Part shown: positions 36,630 through 48,796 of the stretch, one piece after another
Layout: each line of letters opens with the position of its first letter
Position numbering within the stretch: position 1 is the first letter of the stretch
Source: the human T2T-CHM13v2.0 reference genome, Homo sapiens
Assembly: GCF_009914755.1 (NCBI RefSeq)
Contig: NC_060931.1
Strand: one strand, 5' to 3'
Length of the DNA stretch: 64,000 nucleotides
The notes under the pieces: generated by a model
The model's input: only the letters and a program-made list of their open reading frames with translations
The model's database searches: none
Told to the model about the DNA's origin: nothing
Position numbers and translations under genes: made by a program

Positions 36630-36930
36630 TGGTTTATTTCAAAAAATCATTAAGCAGTACTACTTTCCAGGAACTGTGCTAGAAGGCACTGTGGATTCAG
36701 AATGGAGTAAGACATGTTCTTTTTATGAAGAACACAATAGAGTGGGGGAAAAGTCATGTTGATAAATGTGTGCATGGGGGTTATAGGCACGTGGGCAGTG
36801 GGAGGCAATGCACTCAACCAAATGGCAGGCAGTCAGGAAAGGCCTTACAGAGGAGATGACATTTGAGTTGCATCTGAAATACATACTAAGAAAAGCATAT
36901 TCCAGGAGGGGCAAAAAGCATCTGCAGAGA
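36630..36930 (-). mobile_element. L2 fragment
   Basis: CAGGAAAGGCCTTACAGAGGAGATGACATTTGAG. Confidence 0.6.
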
Positions 36931-38820
36931 AGACACATTATTCCTCACACATTAAATTTTCAAAGTGATTTTTATTCTTTTTCTTTTTGCTGCTATATTC
37001 CCATTTCTTCTTCATATTCTAATCAGGGCTTACAAATACGTGGCACCTGCACTGCCACTCTCCCCCTTTGCCCTGCCATTGGCAGCATCCATAACTGAAG
37101 ACAGAATTCTTTCCTAAAGAGTCTACTCAACACTAGGTGCCATGATTAGAAATAATGTAGAAATTAATAATCACGATTAATAAAGTGTACATGATAGACA
37201 CTTGCTTACCATTCCTTCTTTGACTGGATGGAGACGTGGAAACCTTGTTATTCAGAGGTGAAGTAGGGAGGGCAAGTTCTAAAATTGTTAGCCCTAGGGC
37301 ACTAGAATTACTGGGGATTAAAAAAAAATTCCAAATCTCAGGCCACACATCTCTAAGGGTGGGAAAAAGGCTTCAGGATTTTTTGAAGCTCCCCAAGTAA
37401 TTCCAATGTGCAGAGAAGTTTGAGAATTACGGCCATAGAAGTCTTTGTTCAAAAAGGTCAAATTCGTTACCCATGTAAAGGGCTCGAGGGATTACCAAAT
37501 TGTACTCTTCTGGGAAGAGAATTTTCCAGAGCAAGAGGGAGGCCTCTGAATCTGAAGTCTGGTCACTAAGCGGATACCAGAGTGAAGACCTGAGGAGCCT
37601 GGCAAAGACCAGGATATCAGCAGCAGGGGGCAGAGCCAGAGGTGGCCTGCAGGCATCTTTCTTTCCCAGTTTTCATGACATGATCCCAAATCTACTTAGC
37701 AGTGGCCATTTCTTATTTTCATATCTATTTTTTCAGAAATGTATAAGGACTAAGGGTGTCAGAGTAATCAGCATAACAACCAAACGAGCTGAAGTCTGCA
37801 AAATTCAACTCCCCCTGCCTAGATATTAAATTTGCCTACAGGAAAAAAGCCCACCAGGTACTTAAAAAAATTAATGAAATGATATTATGCTGCATTTAAA
37901 AGAACATGCCTATGAAGCAGAATACCATGTAGTGCTACCATTTATTTGAAAGTCATTTTGACAACACTGTGCATACTTAGAGTTTTGGGTTAAAGATAAT
38001 TGTGTATAGAAAACTATAGAAAACATTGCTTTGAAAGTGAAGCCAGTATCAATGTTATCCTAATCTCTTTGCCAAAAAAAAAGAAAACTATCTCTTAATT
38101 ACACTACAATCAAATCGAGTCTTCAACTCTTATATGCTCATTCAGAATTTTAAAATCTCTCTCACGGGAGGAAATGTAAAAGGAAAGTTTTCAAGACCTT
38201 TTTGTACCTTAATATCCTTTTCAACTTCTAATGTAAAACGTATTTGTCCTGATACAATGCTGTGAAATAAAGACCACATCAGGAATGTAATGAAGTTTAA
38301 AAGTAGCTCCTTTTTTGCACTGAGAACAATTTTATTGATTCAAATTAGAAACTTCTAACTGGGGGCAGGAGAAAAAGGAGGAAGAAGAGAGAAGCAAGCA
38401 ATCTGTGACCTAGCGCTGATTATTGGCTGACCTCTAATAAAGGAAGAAGATTCGGATTTCTGGTGCCAAAACGAAAGTAATAAAGTGGAAAATGAATTTT
38501 TGCAATCCCCACACATCACTGAATTTATCTATTGTCTTCTAGGCAAAGTAATCCTACAAAAGGAAGTTCTATTTCAAGGATTTTCACTCCTTTTCCATCT
38601 CTGAACTGAAAAGAAACAAGGGGCAGTTTGCAGCTTCAAAATATTTAAATAACCTATAACTCATATCAGTGTTCCAATTAAAAATTACCTAATCTGTTCT
38701 TTGCTCCTTGCAAGTTTCATTGAAGCAGTGCCCTTAACAGGCAAAGAAGGTACGTGGTAAAATTCAGCTCCCGGTAGAGTGTCCATCAACCAGCTCTGGC
38801 GGGATGTGCTGTCAGGAATG

Positions 38821-38840
38821 GAGCGCCCCCTGGAGGCCAG
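38821..38840 (-). promoter_or_regulatory. CTCF core binding motif
   Basis: Minus strand reads CTGGCCTCCAGGGGGCGCTC, very close to the consensus TGGCCACCAGGGGGCGCTA. Confidence 0.8.
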
Positions 38841-38872
38841 TCATCCAGCCAGTCTGTTCCCATCGATTAGAG

Positions 38873-39051
38873 CAGAGGCTCTCAAGTATGGTCCCTGGAC
38901 CAACAGCATCAACACCACCTGAGAACTGTTAAGAAATCCAAGTTCTGGGGCCCCACCATAGGCCAACTGAAACAGAAACCTCTGTGGTGGGGCCCAGCAA
39001 ACTACAGGCCTTGCAGGTGATGCTGATGCCTGCTAATTTTGAGAACCACTG
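38873..39051. mobile_element. MER5A (hAT-Charlie)
   Basis: TCTCAAGTATGGTCCCTGGACCAACAGCATCAACACCACCTGAGAAC...TTTGAGAACCACTG. Confidence 0.85.
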
Positions 39052-39539
39052 TATTAGAACACCTCACTCCCCAAAGATGTCAGAATCAAGGTGTCATTGT
39101 GTTAAGAAATTATACAGGAATGAACAGAGCTGAAATGTCTTTCCTACATAGAGAAAGAACCAAGAGTTGATGTTTGTATCAAGTAAACACATTGAGTTAC
39201 AATTTAGAAAATGTTGATACCAATGTATGTTTTAAATACATTAAAACAGCTTTTAGCAACCCTTTAATTATTCCCAATATATAGTTTGAATGAATTACTG
39301 TGTCCCTTGATGAAAAGGATAAAAAAGGAATGTAAGTGACTCTACCACAAATACAGGAAAAGTTTGGATAACCTCAGTACCTACCACTACCAACAACAAG
39401 ACCAAAGAGTCTACCCCCACTGTTTATGATCCCTCCCTCTCTTCTCAGGACTGCCATCTGACTCAAACCAGTTCATGGCTATCTGACTACAAAACGAGGC
39501 TGAACTTGATCACAATCAAGGTGAAAATGAAAATAACAA

Positions 39540-39658
39540 TCAAGAAAAACACTTCCCTCATTACTCATGATTTTTTTTAATTTAACATATATAGTACATG
39601 TAAACAACTGGCATAAAATTCATAAAAATACAATACTCCTATGCAATATCACTTTATT
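39540..39658 (-). terminator. Distal polyadenylation signals of DPY19L1
   Basis: AATAAA at 39658-39653 and ATTAAA at 39581-39576 on the minus strand, with downstream GTGTTTTTCTTGATTGTTATTTT. Confidence 0.7.
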
Positions 39659-42249
39659 CCTGATACATACTTTCATTTTCTCATTAATATCACTGGCCTA
39701 TTTTAACACTATATTTTTTTTGCCAAGCATTTTTAGAGGCTTATCTTTTTAAAGAAATACAGCCCCAACTTTGTTTTCGAAAATGTTGTAGCAATAGCTA
39801 TTTTGATCGCTTCTTTGCCCATCCTTACTTTCCTCATACTAAAGCAAAAATATTTGTAAATGCTAACAATATGCAAAACACTGAGCTTTAATACTGTTTT
39901 GTACGCCTATGGAACCTGCTACCAATCTGCATTGCCATCAAAGGTGTGGATGCTCCACAGTGCTTGGGCTGCGAGCTGTGGCCACGGCTGCATAGCAGGG
40001 ACCTTCAGGCCTCTGCTCCAAACTGGCTCCCCTAATATATAGCCATATTTTGCTGGGGGTTACATTCATAAACACTGCTACAAAAGGATCCTTCTGGAAA
40101 AAGCTAATTTATATTACTTTTAATGGTTCCCAGCAAATGAAGCAGTTATAATAGTATTTTTAATGCTTTTTTCCTATACAGAATTTCTACTTATTACATG
40201 TGAACTTCTTTGGAAGGAAATTACTGGGGGTGAGAAAAATATAAAATAAATGTAAAAGTATAATTTTTAAAAATTGTAACTGCTGGATGTACACAATCAG
40301 CCACACTCAGGTGAGCAACAATCACAGATAAGCAGCGCGCACCTCCCTCTCCCTGCTCATGTCAACTCCCATCCTCAGCCTCAAGTGTCCACCGCCCATT
40401 TTCCTGGACTGTTGTGCATCATCGCTCAAATGTTGCTTTTAATCCACAAATCAAGGGCTGCTTCCCTATTTTCTAAAACTAGCAAAAGCCTAAGAAATAA
40501 AAACAGTCAACCAGCAAATGAGAAACAGTGGCCACAAATCTGAAGAACGCTGCCAGAGTCCCTCTCCTGGGCTGCCTCCAGGGAAGGAGCATCCCTGGGA
40601 GCTGCGGCTCTAGGCGCTGGCACAAGACTGGGGGGCGGTGCTTCTCTGAGGGCACACTCCTCAGCCTTTGCAGCTGACTTATGTCAGCAAGCTGCTGCTT
40701 CCCCGGGACCAGGCCTGCCCTTGGGCTCTGGTAAGAAGGTAGAAAGGGAACAGCGGCTTCCAGGAGTGGGCACCAGAAACCATGCCTGAGGACTAAGGTC
40801 TGAAGGACAATCCACAATGAGGTTAATCTGCCTGTGGTTAAGAAAGAGAAGCTGTATAATTAAATGTGTAGTCTGTCAGCCATAGTCACGCTTTGCTTAG
40901 AATTTAAAACCCTAAAACCTTTTCTCAGAGCTATGAGGTTTCATCGTTTTGAAGAATCTCATTTCACACAAATTAACTTCTAAGAAACAAAAATTCATAC
41001 AAGGAATTCAAAGAAGGTGTAGAAATTTTTCAAAATAAAAATAAATAGGAAGAAAAAAACTAAAGAGGAGGACGAAATATACTTATTCCTTATACTGAAA
41101 TGATGGTTTTTAGAACCAAAATTATAACATAAGGCTTAAGGCTTTGTCTTATTAAAGACAGGCAATCTTAAAAGTAAAATATAAAAACTCCATTTATCAT
41201 TATTCTTTACATTTTTGACAGCAAAATTAGTCATGTTTTATTGTATCTTAATAGTAAAAGAAAAATTACCATGTACTACAGTCTACTGTTCCACTATAAA
41301 TGATGTCTAATCAAATATACATTAGTTTCTAGATGCACTATATTTGGGGTTGTTCAAAATAGTTTTTCTTAAAACTATAATTAAACATGAAAAAACTTTA
41401 AAGTGGTTTAAAGGTATTAAAATATAAACATTTGAATAATGCTAAAAATGAGAAAAATACAGTTACCATTAATTTTTTTTAAAACCAAGAATAAGTACTT
41501 GATAAGCAACTAAATGAGTAAACAGTACTTATTTGACAGAAAATATGGGGAAGAGGAGAAGAGAGAGAGCAAGAGAGAGAGAGAAAGAGACACGATAATG
41601 CCATATGGCTGGAAGTTAAGGGAATTTCCTAACCACAAGGTCCAAGAGTTTGGATTAATAATGGGCAGGAAAAGCTTCATTAACAAGAGAACAGAGAACA
41701 AAAAGCGCACAAGGAAGTAAAACAAACAGATAGTTCTATATAGCAAACACTCCATGTCTGCCCCATCTACTGTAACTCAAGTTGATGACAGGGGCTGACA
41801 TGACCGAAGAACTTACAATCACTGAAATGTCCAAAAGACAAGAGCAAGAGGCAGAAAAAAGAAGCAAGGGGCATTAATAGTTCTTACACTATAAAATCAG
41901 CCCCTACATTGTCAGAATTGTCCTGTATTTTCATGTCATCCTTGTCACAACCCACTGTGTTTTCTTTATACAGGTAGCTTTGCTCACTTTAGCACAAATA
42001 TTAAAGTCAAGTACAAGCATATACTCATTTGCATAGCAAATTTTAAAGGGTGCATTGAAATAGTAACCAATTGATAAAGGTGTAAGTCATTTTTATAATT
42101 AGAATGACATTCAAATTGACCAAATAAAACGTTTTCTATTTGAAAACAGTTACCTATAAAAGTTTTTGGGATATGAACAACACATGACTTAGCAAAACAT
42201 TAAAACCATTACAGATGTAGTTCTCCGTAGGCAGCAGGTCATGTAGCAG
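39555..42249 (-). other. DPY19L1: DPY19L1 3'UTR (~2.7 kb; distal end approximate)
   Basis: Repeat-poor, mostly AT-rich sequence after the stop codon, ending at AATAAA/ATTAAA signals followed by a GU/U-rich element. Confidence 0.8.
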
Positions 42250-42406
42250 TCATTCTTTTACAACTTCTAGGACTTTGTAAACACTGTTCTGGAATACAGT
42301 GGTGAAGTGAGGTTTGGAATCCTTCACCAAGAGGTTACATAAGGGAGTTTTCCCAGCATTGGCAGGATCTTCTACATCCCAAATTTCAGGCATACTGCAA
42401 CCAGGC
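42250..42406 (-). CDS. DPY19L1: DPY19L1 last exon, coding part, (K)PGCSMPEIWDVEDPANAGKTPLCNLLVKDSKPHFTTVFQNSVYKVLEVVKE*
   Basis: TTTTTCTAG acceptor; TGA at 42252-42250; matches ORF-track entry 42250..42438. Confidence 0.97.
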
Positions 42407-42669
42407 CTAGAAAAATGAATGTACATGTTAAAAATCAATATGCATTATATAACTGCAGAGAAAGCAGAGCACTTCTTACATTCCTGACCTCAATTCCTTT
42501 TTTCCCCTTAAATTACTTTAGTTTTTAAACAATCCTGTTACATAGCTATTTATGTTTTTATAAGCTGCCATGACTCACCTTAGGACAAGGTCAATGCAGC
42601 AAAGGTGACTATAAGGAAAGAAACAGACCTGTAGATACATATATCCAGGTGTTGCGGAAAGAGACACCT

Positions 42670-42830
42670 CAGTTAAACTCTGCCTCAGCTACTTATCAAG
42701 AATGTGGTTCTGGGCAGGTAGCTTCCCTTGGTCTTAGTTTTCACATTTGTAAAATGGGGAAATAAACAACCATGACATAGGTTTGTTGTGAGGATTATGA
42801 GAGACCAGGTATCTAGCACCATTCACACAG
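42670..42830 (+). mobile_element. MIR
   Basis: CTGGGCAGGTAGCTT...TAGTTTTCACATTTGTAAAATGGGG...GTTGTGAGGATTA. Confidence 0.7.
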
Positions 42831-42906
42831 AAAAACGTATGACATTGATTTAAAAAATTATAATGAACAAATATGCTTAGTTCACAGGGAAGCTGCATTA
42901 ATTGTA

Positions 42907-43254
42907 TAGATGCTCCTCAACTTACAATGGGGTATGTTCCAATAAACCCATCATAAGTTGAAAATGCATTTAATACACCTAATCTACCCAACATCACGGC
43001 TTAGCCTAGCCTACCTTAAACATGCTAGGAACACTTATATTAGCTTACAGTTGGACAAAATCATCAAATACAAATGCTATTTTACAACAAAACATTGAAT
43101 ATCTCATGTAATTTATTGAATGCTGTACTGACACTGAAAAACAGAATGGTTGTATGGGTATTTGAAATATGCTTTCTACTGAATGCATATGGCTTTAACA
43201 CTGTCATAAAGTAAAAAAATCAGTAGGTCAAAACATCTTAAATTGGACAGTCGA
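42907..43254 (+). mobile_element. MER47A-like TcMar-Tigger MITE
   Basis: AGATGCTCCTCAACTTACAATGGGG...GCTTAGCCTAGCCTACCTTAAA...ACAGAATGGTTGTATGGGTA, preceded by TA. Confidence 0.8.
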
Positions 43255-43827
43255 TATTCTAGAATGAATCAATTTAAAGAAATTCTGGTAGTGTTGAGCA
43301 TACATCTTAAACACATAATTAAATCTCAAAAGCAACATATCTTTATAAATTGGCATATGACATTTGCCTAAATAAGTCCTTCAAAATAACAGTACCATTT
43401 ATCTTAAATCAAGAACAGTTTTATGGATATAACTGTTGGATGCTGCTATCTACCTTTTGAGGAATTTTAAAAAACAGAAAAACATGGGAAAATTATAGAG
43501 AATTGACAACTGCTCATGTTTGTCATAATTGCATCCCTTTTTATTTTTAAATAAGAGAAAAAAATTCCCAAGTCCCTCTTATGTTTAGTAGCAGTCCCTC
43601 CCTCACTCTCCACCATGAGGCAAACACCGTAGCAGGTATGTACATCATTTTCCCTTTTTAAATAACACCTTTAATTTATAATAATCAGTCATTATAAAAG
43701 TATCAAAATATAGACCTACATACATTTTAAGAAATGAAAGTCACCATCATCTCCAATAGCATTTCTCAGAGGTGACTTCTATAAACAATCCAGCATATAT
43801 CCTGCTGGACCTTTTTAAAAAAAAAAA

Positions 43828-44063
43828 AATTATTTCAATAGCTTTTGGGAAACAAGTGGTTTTTGGTTACACGGATAAGTTATTCAGTGGCAGTTACTGA
43901 GATTTTGGTGCACCCACCACCAGAGCAGTGTAAAGTGTACCCAATGTGTAGTCTTTTATCCCTCACCCCACTCCTCGCTTCCCGAGTCCACAGTCCGTAC
44001 CATTATTATGCTTCGCATCCTGGTAGCTTAGTTCCCACTTATAAGTGAGAACATACAATATTT
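43828..44063 (-). mobile_element. L1PB-type 3' end fragment
   Basis: TTGGTTACACGGATAAGTT..TGAGATTTTGGTGCACCCA..AGCTTAGTTCCCACTTATAAGTGAGAACATAC. Confidence 0.75.
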
Positions 44064-44133
44064 GCTATCTGCTGTATCTTTCTCCAATGTCAGACACACA
44101 TACAGACACAGATATCATTATATACATAGATGC

Positions 44134-44981
<848 letters not shown>

Positions 44982-45238
44982 GATGCTCTTGAGTTGTTTT
45001 TACAAAAATGGAATTATTCTGGGACTGTATACTGAACAATAAAACGTGGAACCATTTTTCCATCTCAGTGCATAAAGATCTATTCTACTGTTTTTAAAAG
45101 CTGCTAGTTCTCATATGTACTATTTAACCAATTCTTTACAGACAGATACTTTAATTGTTTCCCATTTTGCCATTATAAAGCAATGCAGCTACAAACAGTC
45201 TTGTGCAGAGCTCCCTTCTGCAAACTAAACCTCTAGAG

Positions 45239-45578
45239 CAGCGGTCCCCGGTCTTTTTGGCACCAGGGACTGGTTTCCTGCAAGACAATTTTTCCATGGG
45301 CTGGAGGGTGGGGGCGATGGTTTTGGGATGAAATTGTTTCACCTCAGATCATCAGGCATTAGATTCTCATAAGGAGCACGTACCCTAGATCCCCCGCATG
45401 TGCAGTTCACAATAGGGTTCATACTCCTATGAGAATCTAATGCTGCCACTCATCTGACAGGAGCCAGAGCTCAGGCTGTAATGCTTGTTCACCCTCCGCT
45501 CACCTCCTGCTGTGAGACTGGGTTCCTAACAGGCCACAGACCAGTACTGGTCCATGGCCGGGGGCTTGGAGACCCCTG
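45239..45578 (+). mobile_element. MER1B (hAT-Charlie)
   Basis: 340 bp, TIRs CAGCGGTCCCC/GGAGACCCCTG, perfect 8-bp TSD CTCTAGAG at 45231-45238 and 45579-45586. Confidence 0.93.
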
Positions 45579-46271
45579 CTCTAGAGGCAACATTATCACT
45601 CTGCCAAAGGACTGCACAATTTTTTTCTTACCTTCCCTTCATCAAACTATCCCCTAGAAATGTTTTGCCAGTGAGTGTTCCCATGAAGAGGGCTCAAGTG
45701 CACACTTTTTGCACACCTTTGCTGACACTGGTTTCTACTCACATGGAACACCTATGATCATATGGCTGGGCATGGGTTTTCTACCTTGTAATTTTCTCAT
45801 ACACGTCAAGGCTGAACTGTTACAACACTGAGGGCCCACGGTGGCAGAGAGTGAGACACACAGAAAGTAGAGAACGACCCACAGTTTTCCTGAGTTCAAC
45901 AGCTTTTAGGAAAAAGAGAGGGCAAACAGCTGTCTTGGGGAGCTCTGTTTGCCTTGTGCAACACTATTTAGTCCTCATCTGAGTTTCCCAAGGTTTCCCC
46001 AGGCCAGCCATCTGCAAATAGCATTAGTGAAAATCTGAATAATTTCCTTCTAAATACATGTATTCTATGTCAACTCTATTATTGGAGTAAAAGAAAGCAG
46101 AGAACTGTAGTTAATTTAAAACTAATCTACAACTTGCATGCAAATATATTTGAGTGTTTATATTTAAACACAGTGTCAAATATTTAAGGAATAATCAAGC
46201 CATACAATTAAGCCACTTGTAAATGAGATCATTTAAACATAGTGCTCACCAATTGCCAGGCACAGATTAAG

Positions 46272-46543
46272 CACTAGATAAATATTGGTCCCTCTTCCCC
46301 TTCCTCTCCTAACTGAGTTCCCCATCTGCTTCCCCCATTCCAACATACTTTCACGTCCCAGCAATCTACAGGGGTTTCAGGCTGATCATAACTGAAATGG
46401 AGAGTGAAGGCCAAGGAAATAAGGAAGGTCCCAAACCAGGCAGAAAGCTTTGTCAAGAAACTTCCTACTCTAAATGTAAACACTAGATAAATATTAGTCA
46501 TTCTTCACTTTCCTCTCCTATCTGAACTCCCCATTTGCTTCCC
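46272..46543. repeat. Diverged ~63-bp direct repeat (46272-46334 and 46481-46543)
   Basis: Both copies begin CACTAGATAAATATT and continue ..TTCCTCTCCTA.CTGA..TCCCCAT.TGCTTCCC. Confidence 0.8.
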
Positions 46544-48328
46544 TGTCAGGACAGAAAGCACAGCTTTTGTTTTGTGTCAAGGTTGAAGCAGAGTGGACCT
46601 GTCCAAGGTTTCCTGACAGTGTGTCATCAGCCTGGCTTAGATCTTGTACTAGATGGAGAGTGTTGTTTTAATGAGTGGGGAAAACAGATGAGAGAGTCAC
46701 TTTCGTAGCTTCCTCCCACTCAACTCCTGCTGTGACAGACACAATAAATGGCAAGTCAAGGTCCAGATGGGGAAATCCAGCACACCCTCTTCTGCACCCC
46801 AACTCTCAGTCTGATTGCTCGTAAGTGACTTGAAGTCAGTTCAATGTCTGCTGATTTTGTTTAGTGTGCAAAGTTTATTGCCATACATCCTGAATTTGCC
46901 TTCATATCCCTTCTTGTGTGGGTAAAACAGTGCTCTGCCTACCCAAACATGAGACTGTTAGAGCTATGCAAATCCAGGGAGCTCTCCCAACACTCTACAG
47001 CACAAAGCCTCTGCAACTTTCACATATTCAAACTCTATGCAGGGGTCTAGGCAGAATATGAACTCTCAAAGGCTCATTGTTAGCTTGGAGAAAAAAGGTT
47101 ACGAAAATTATTTTTATGTTCCAGTAACTTACAGTTGTTTCAAGAGAGTGAAGCCCAAAGAAATAAAGAAGATCCCCATTCTGGTAGAAAGCTATGCTAA
47201 GAACTGAGTTCTTCCTATTGCAAATGTCAGCCTATCATTCATTTCATATAATTTCCTAAGATCGTCATGAGATGCTTAGAACTTTTCTGTCCTAAATTTA
47301 TATAACAATGTTAAAGGTGAGTATGTGAATTTCATATACATATTCACAAACGCTTAAAACATTTTCTGAATTATTACAAAATAACATTTTCTATAAATCC
47401 TGACTGAATTCAAACCACGTAGCACACGTTCATAGGAGAATCATTCTATAATCAACAATTATTTTAGTTTCCTTGTGAGCAAAGCTGTAGATACTATGTC
47501 ACAGAACTATTTTTCACTCACGACTCAGTATTTAACAATGTTGTCTTAATACCATATGTGTCATTGAAATATATGGTGGGAAAGTGTGATCAAGCCACAA
47601 ATATAGCAATCTCTTGAACGCTTTTGTTTAGTTACAGAATAGTAAGAATTTAAAAAATATTATTATTCCATAAAATAGTGTTTATTTCTGATAAAATTGT
47701 TCCTGTACTGTGCTCTTCATGAAGTGAATGTTTTGGTACTTTAAAAGCAGGCTACTGTCACCTGGTGTCCAGTCACTTACGTGCCACATTTCTAGATAGC
47801 TTTAGATTCACATCTGCTTTGAAGATCTTACTGTCACTTGGAGCTATACTCAGCTTAGTAAACATCTCTGTGGAAATAGAAACTTAAAAACTATAAACCC
47901 AAGAGAAAGTGGGTCACAGTAGAGTCATTTTCCCATTCAAGTAAGATGTGAAACACCAGGAAAGAAAAATTTCATTCTGAGTTTTTGCTGACAGGGTATC
48001 CCATCCATCGACAGGACATGGTGTAGCACAGAGACCCAGTAAGGATAATGTGACCCCTGGTGCTCAGCTGCCTGACTTCACCAAAAGAGACTCCCCATTA
48101 CTTGGTTTCAGACCCTGGAAGTCTTTTGAAAGAAAATACATCCAACTTTAAATAAAAGTTTCTTTTAAAACATCAAAGGCAAATATGAACAATTTGGGAG
48201 ATTATCAACTAGTGCCAATAAAATCTCTTTAAGGTAGTATACACATACAAATCATTATTTAAAAAAAAAAGATATTTATAAAGACTATAAAAGAAAGTCT
48301 CCAAATCATTATCTAAAAAGTTTTTTCA

Positions 48329-48545
48329 GGCCAGGCGTGGTGACTCACGCCTGTACTCCCAGCACTTTGGGAGGCCAAGGCAGGAGTAGCACTTGAGGCC
48401 AGGAGTTTGAGACCAGCCTGGTCAACACAGCAAAACCCCATCTCCACTAAAAATACAAAAATTAAGTGGAGCTTGCAGTGAGCCCAGATCATGCCAGTGC
48501 ACTCCAGCCTGGGCAACAGAGTGAGAGCCTGTTTAAAAAAAAAAG
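48329..48545 (+). mobile_element. Alu lacking the first part of its right monomer
   Basis: Jumps from the linker AAAAATACAAAAATTA directly to GTGGAGCTTGCAGTGAGC; TSD AA(A/G)AAGTTTTT(T/C)CA at 48315-48328 and 48546-48559. Confidence 0.88.
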
Positions 48546-48670
48546 AAGAAGTTTTTCCATGTATACTTTATGTTATATACACACCCCCGCCACCAGCAAA
48601 GCATGTGCCATGTGCTTGAATTAACCTTCATGTCTTATGATTATAAAATGTTAACTGTGTTGATACTCAC

Positions 48671-48796
48671 TTGGATCTTCTTACACACCATGACTCTTCT
48701 AGAATGTAATAGTTCACTTTTAACTTTATCAGTTCTCGCTTCACTTCTTCGGCTGCTTTCCGACTATACATTGAGTATACTATTTTTGTTCTGGCT
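48671..48796 (-). CDS. DPY19L1: DPY19L1 penultimate coding exon, 126 nt, (R)ARTKIVYSMYSRKAAEEVKRELIKLKVNYYILEESWCVRRS(K)
   Basis: TTTTCTTTAAAG acceptor, CAA|GTGAGT donor, phase 2/2. Confidence 0.96.

Noticed and set aside
38406-38433. Two TGACCT nuclear-receptor half sites around a CCAAT box
   Set aside because: The 16-bp spacing is not a standard response element and short motifs like these are expected by chance.
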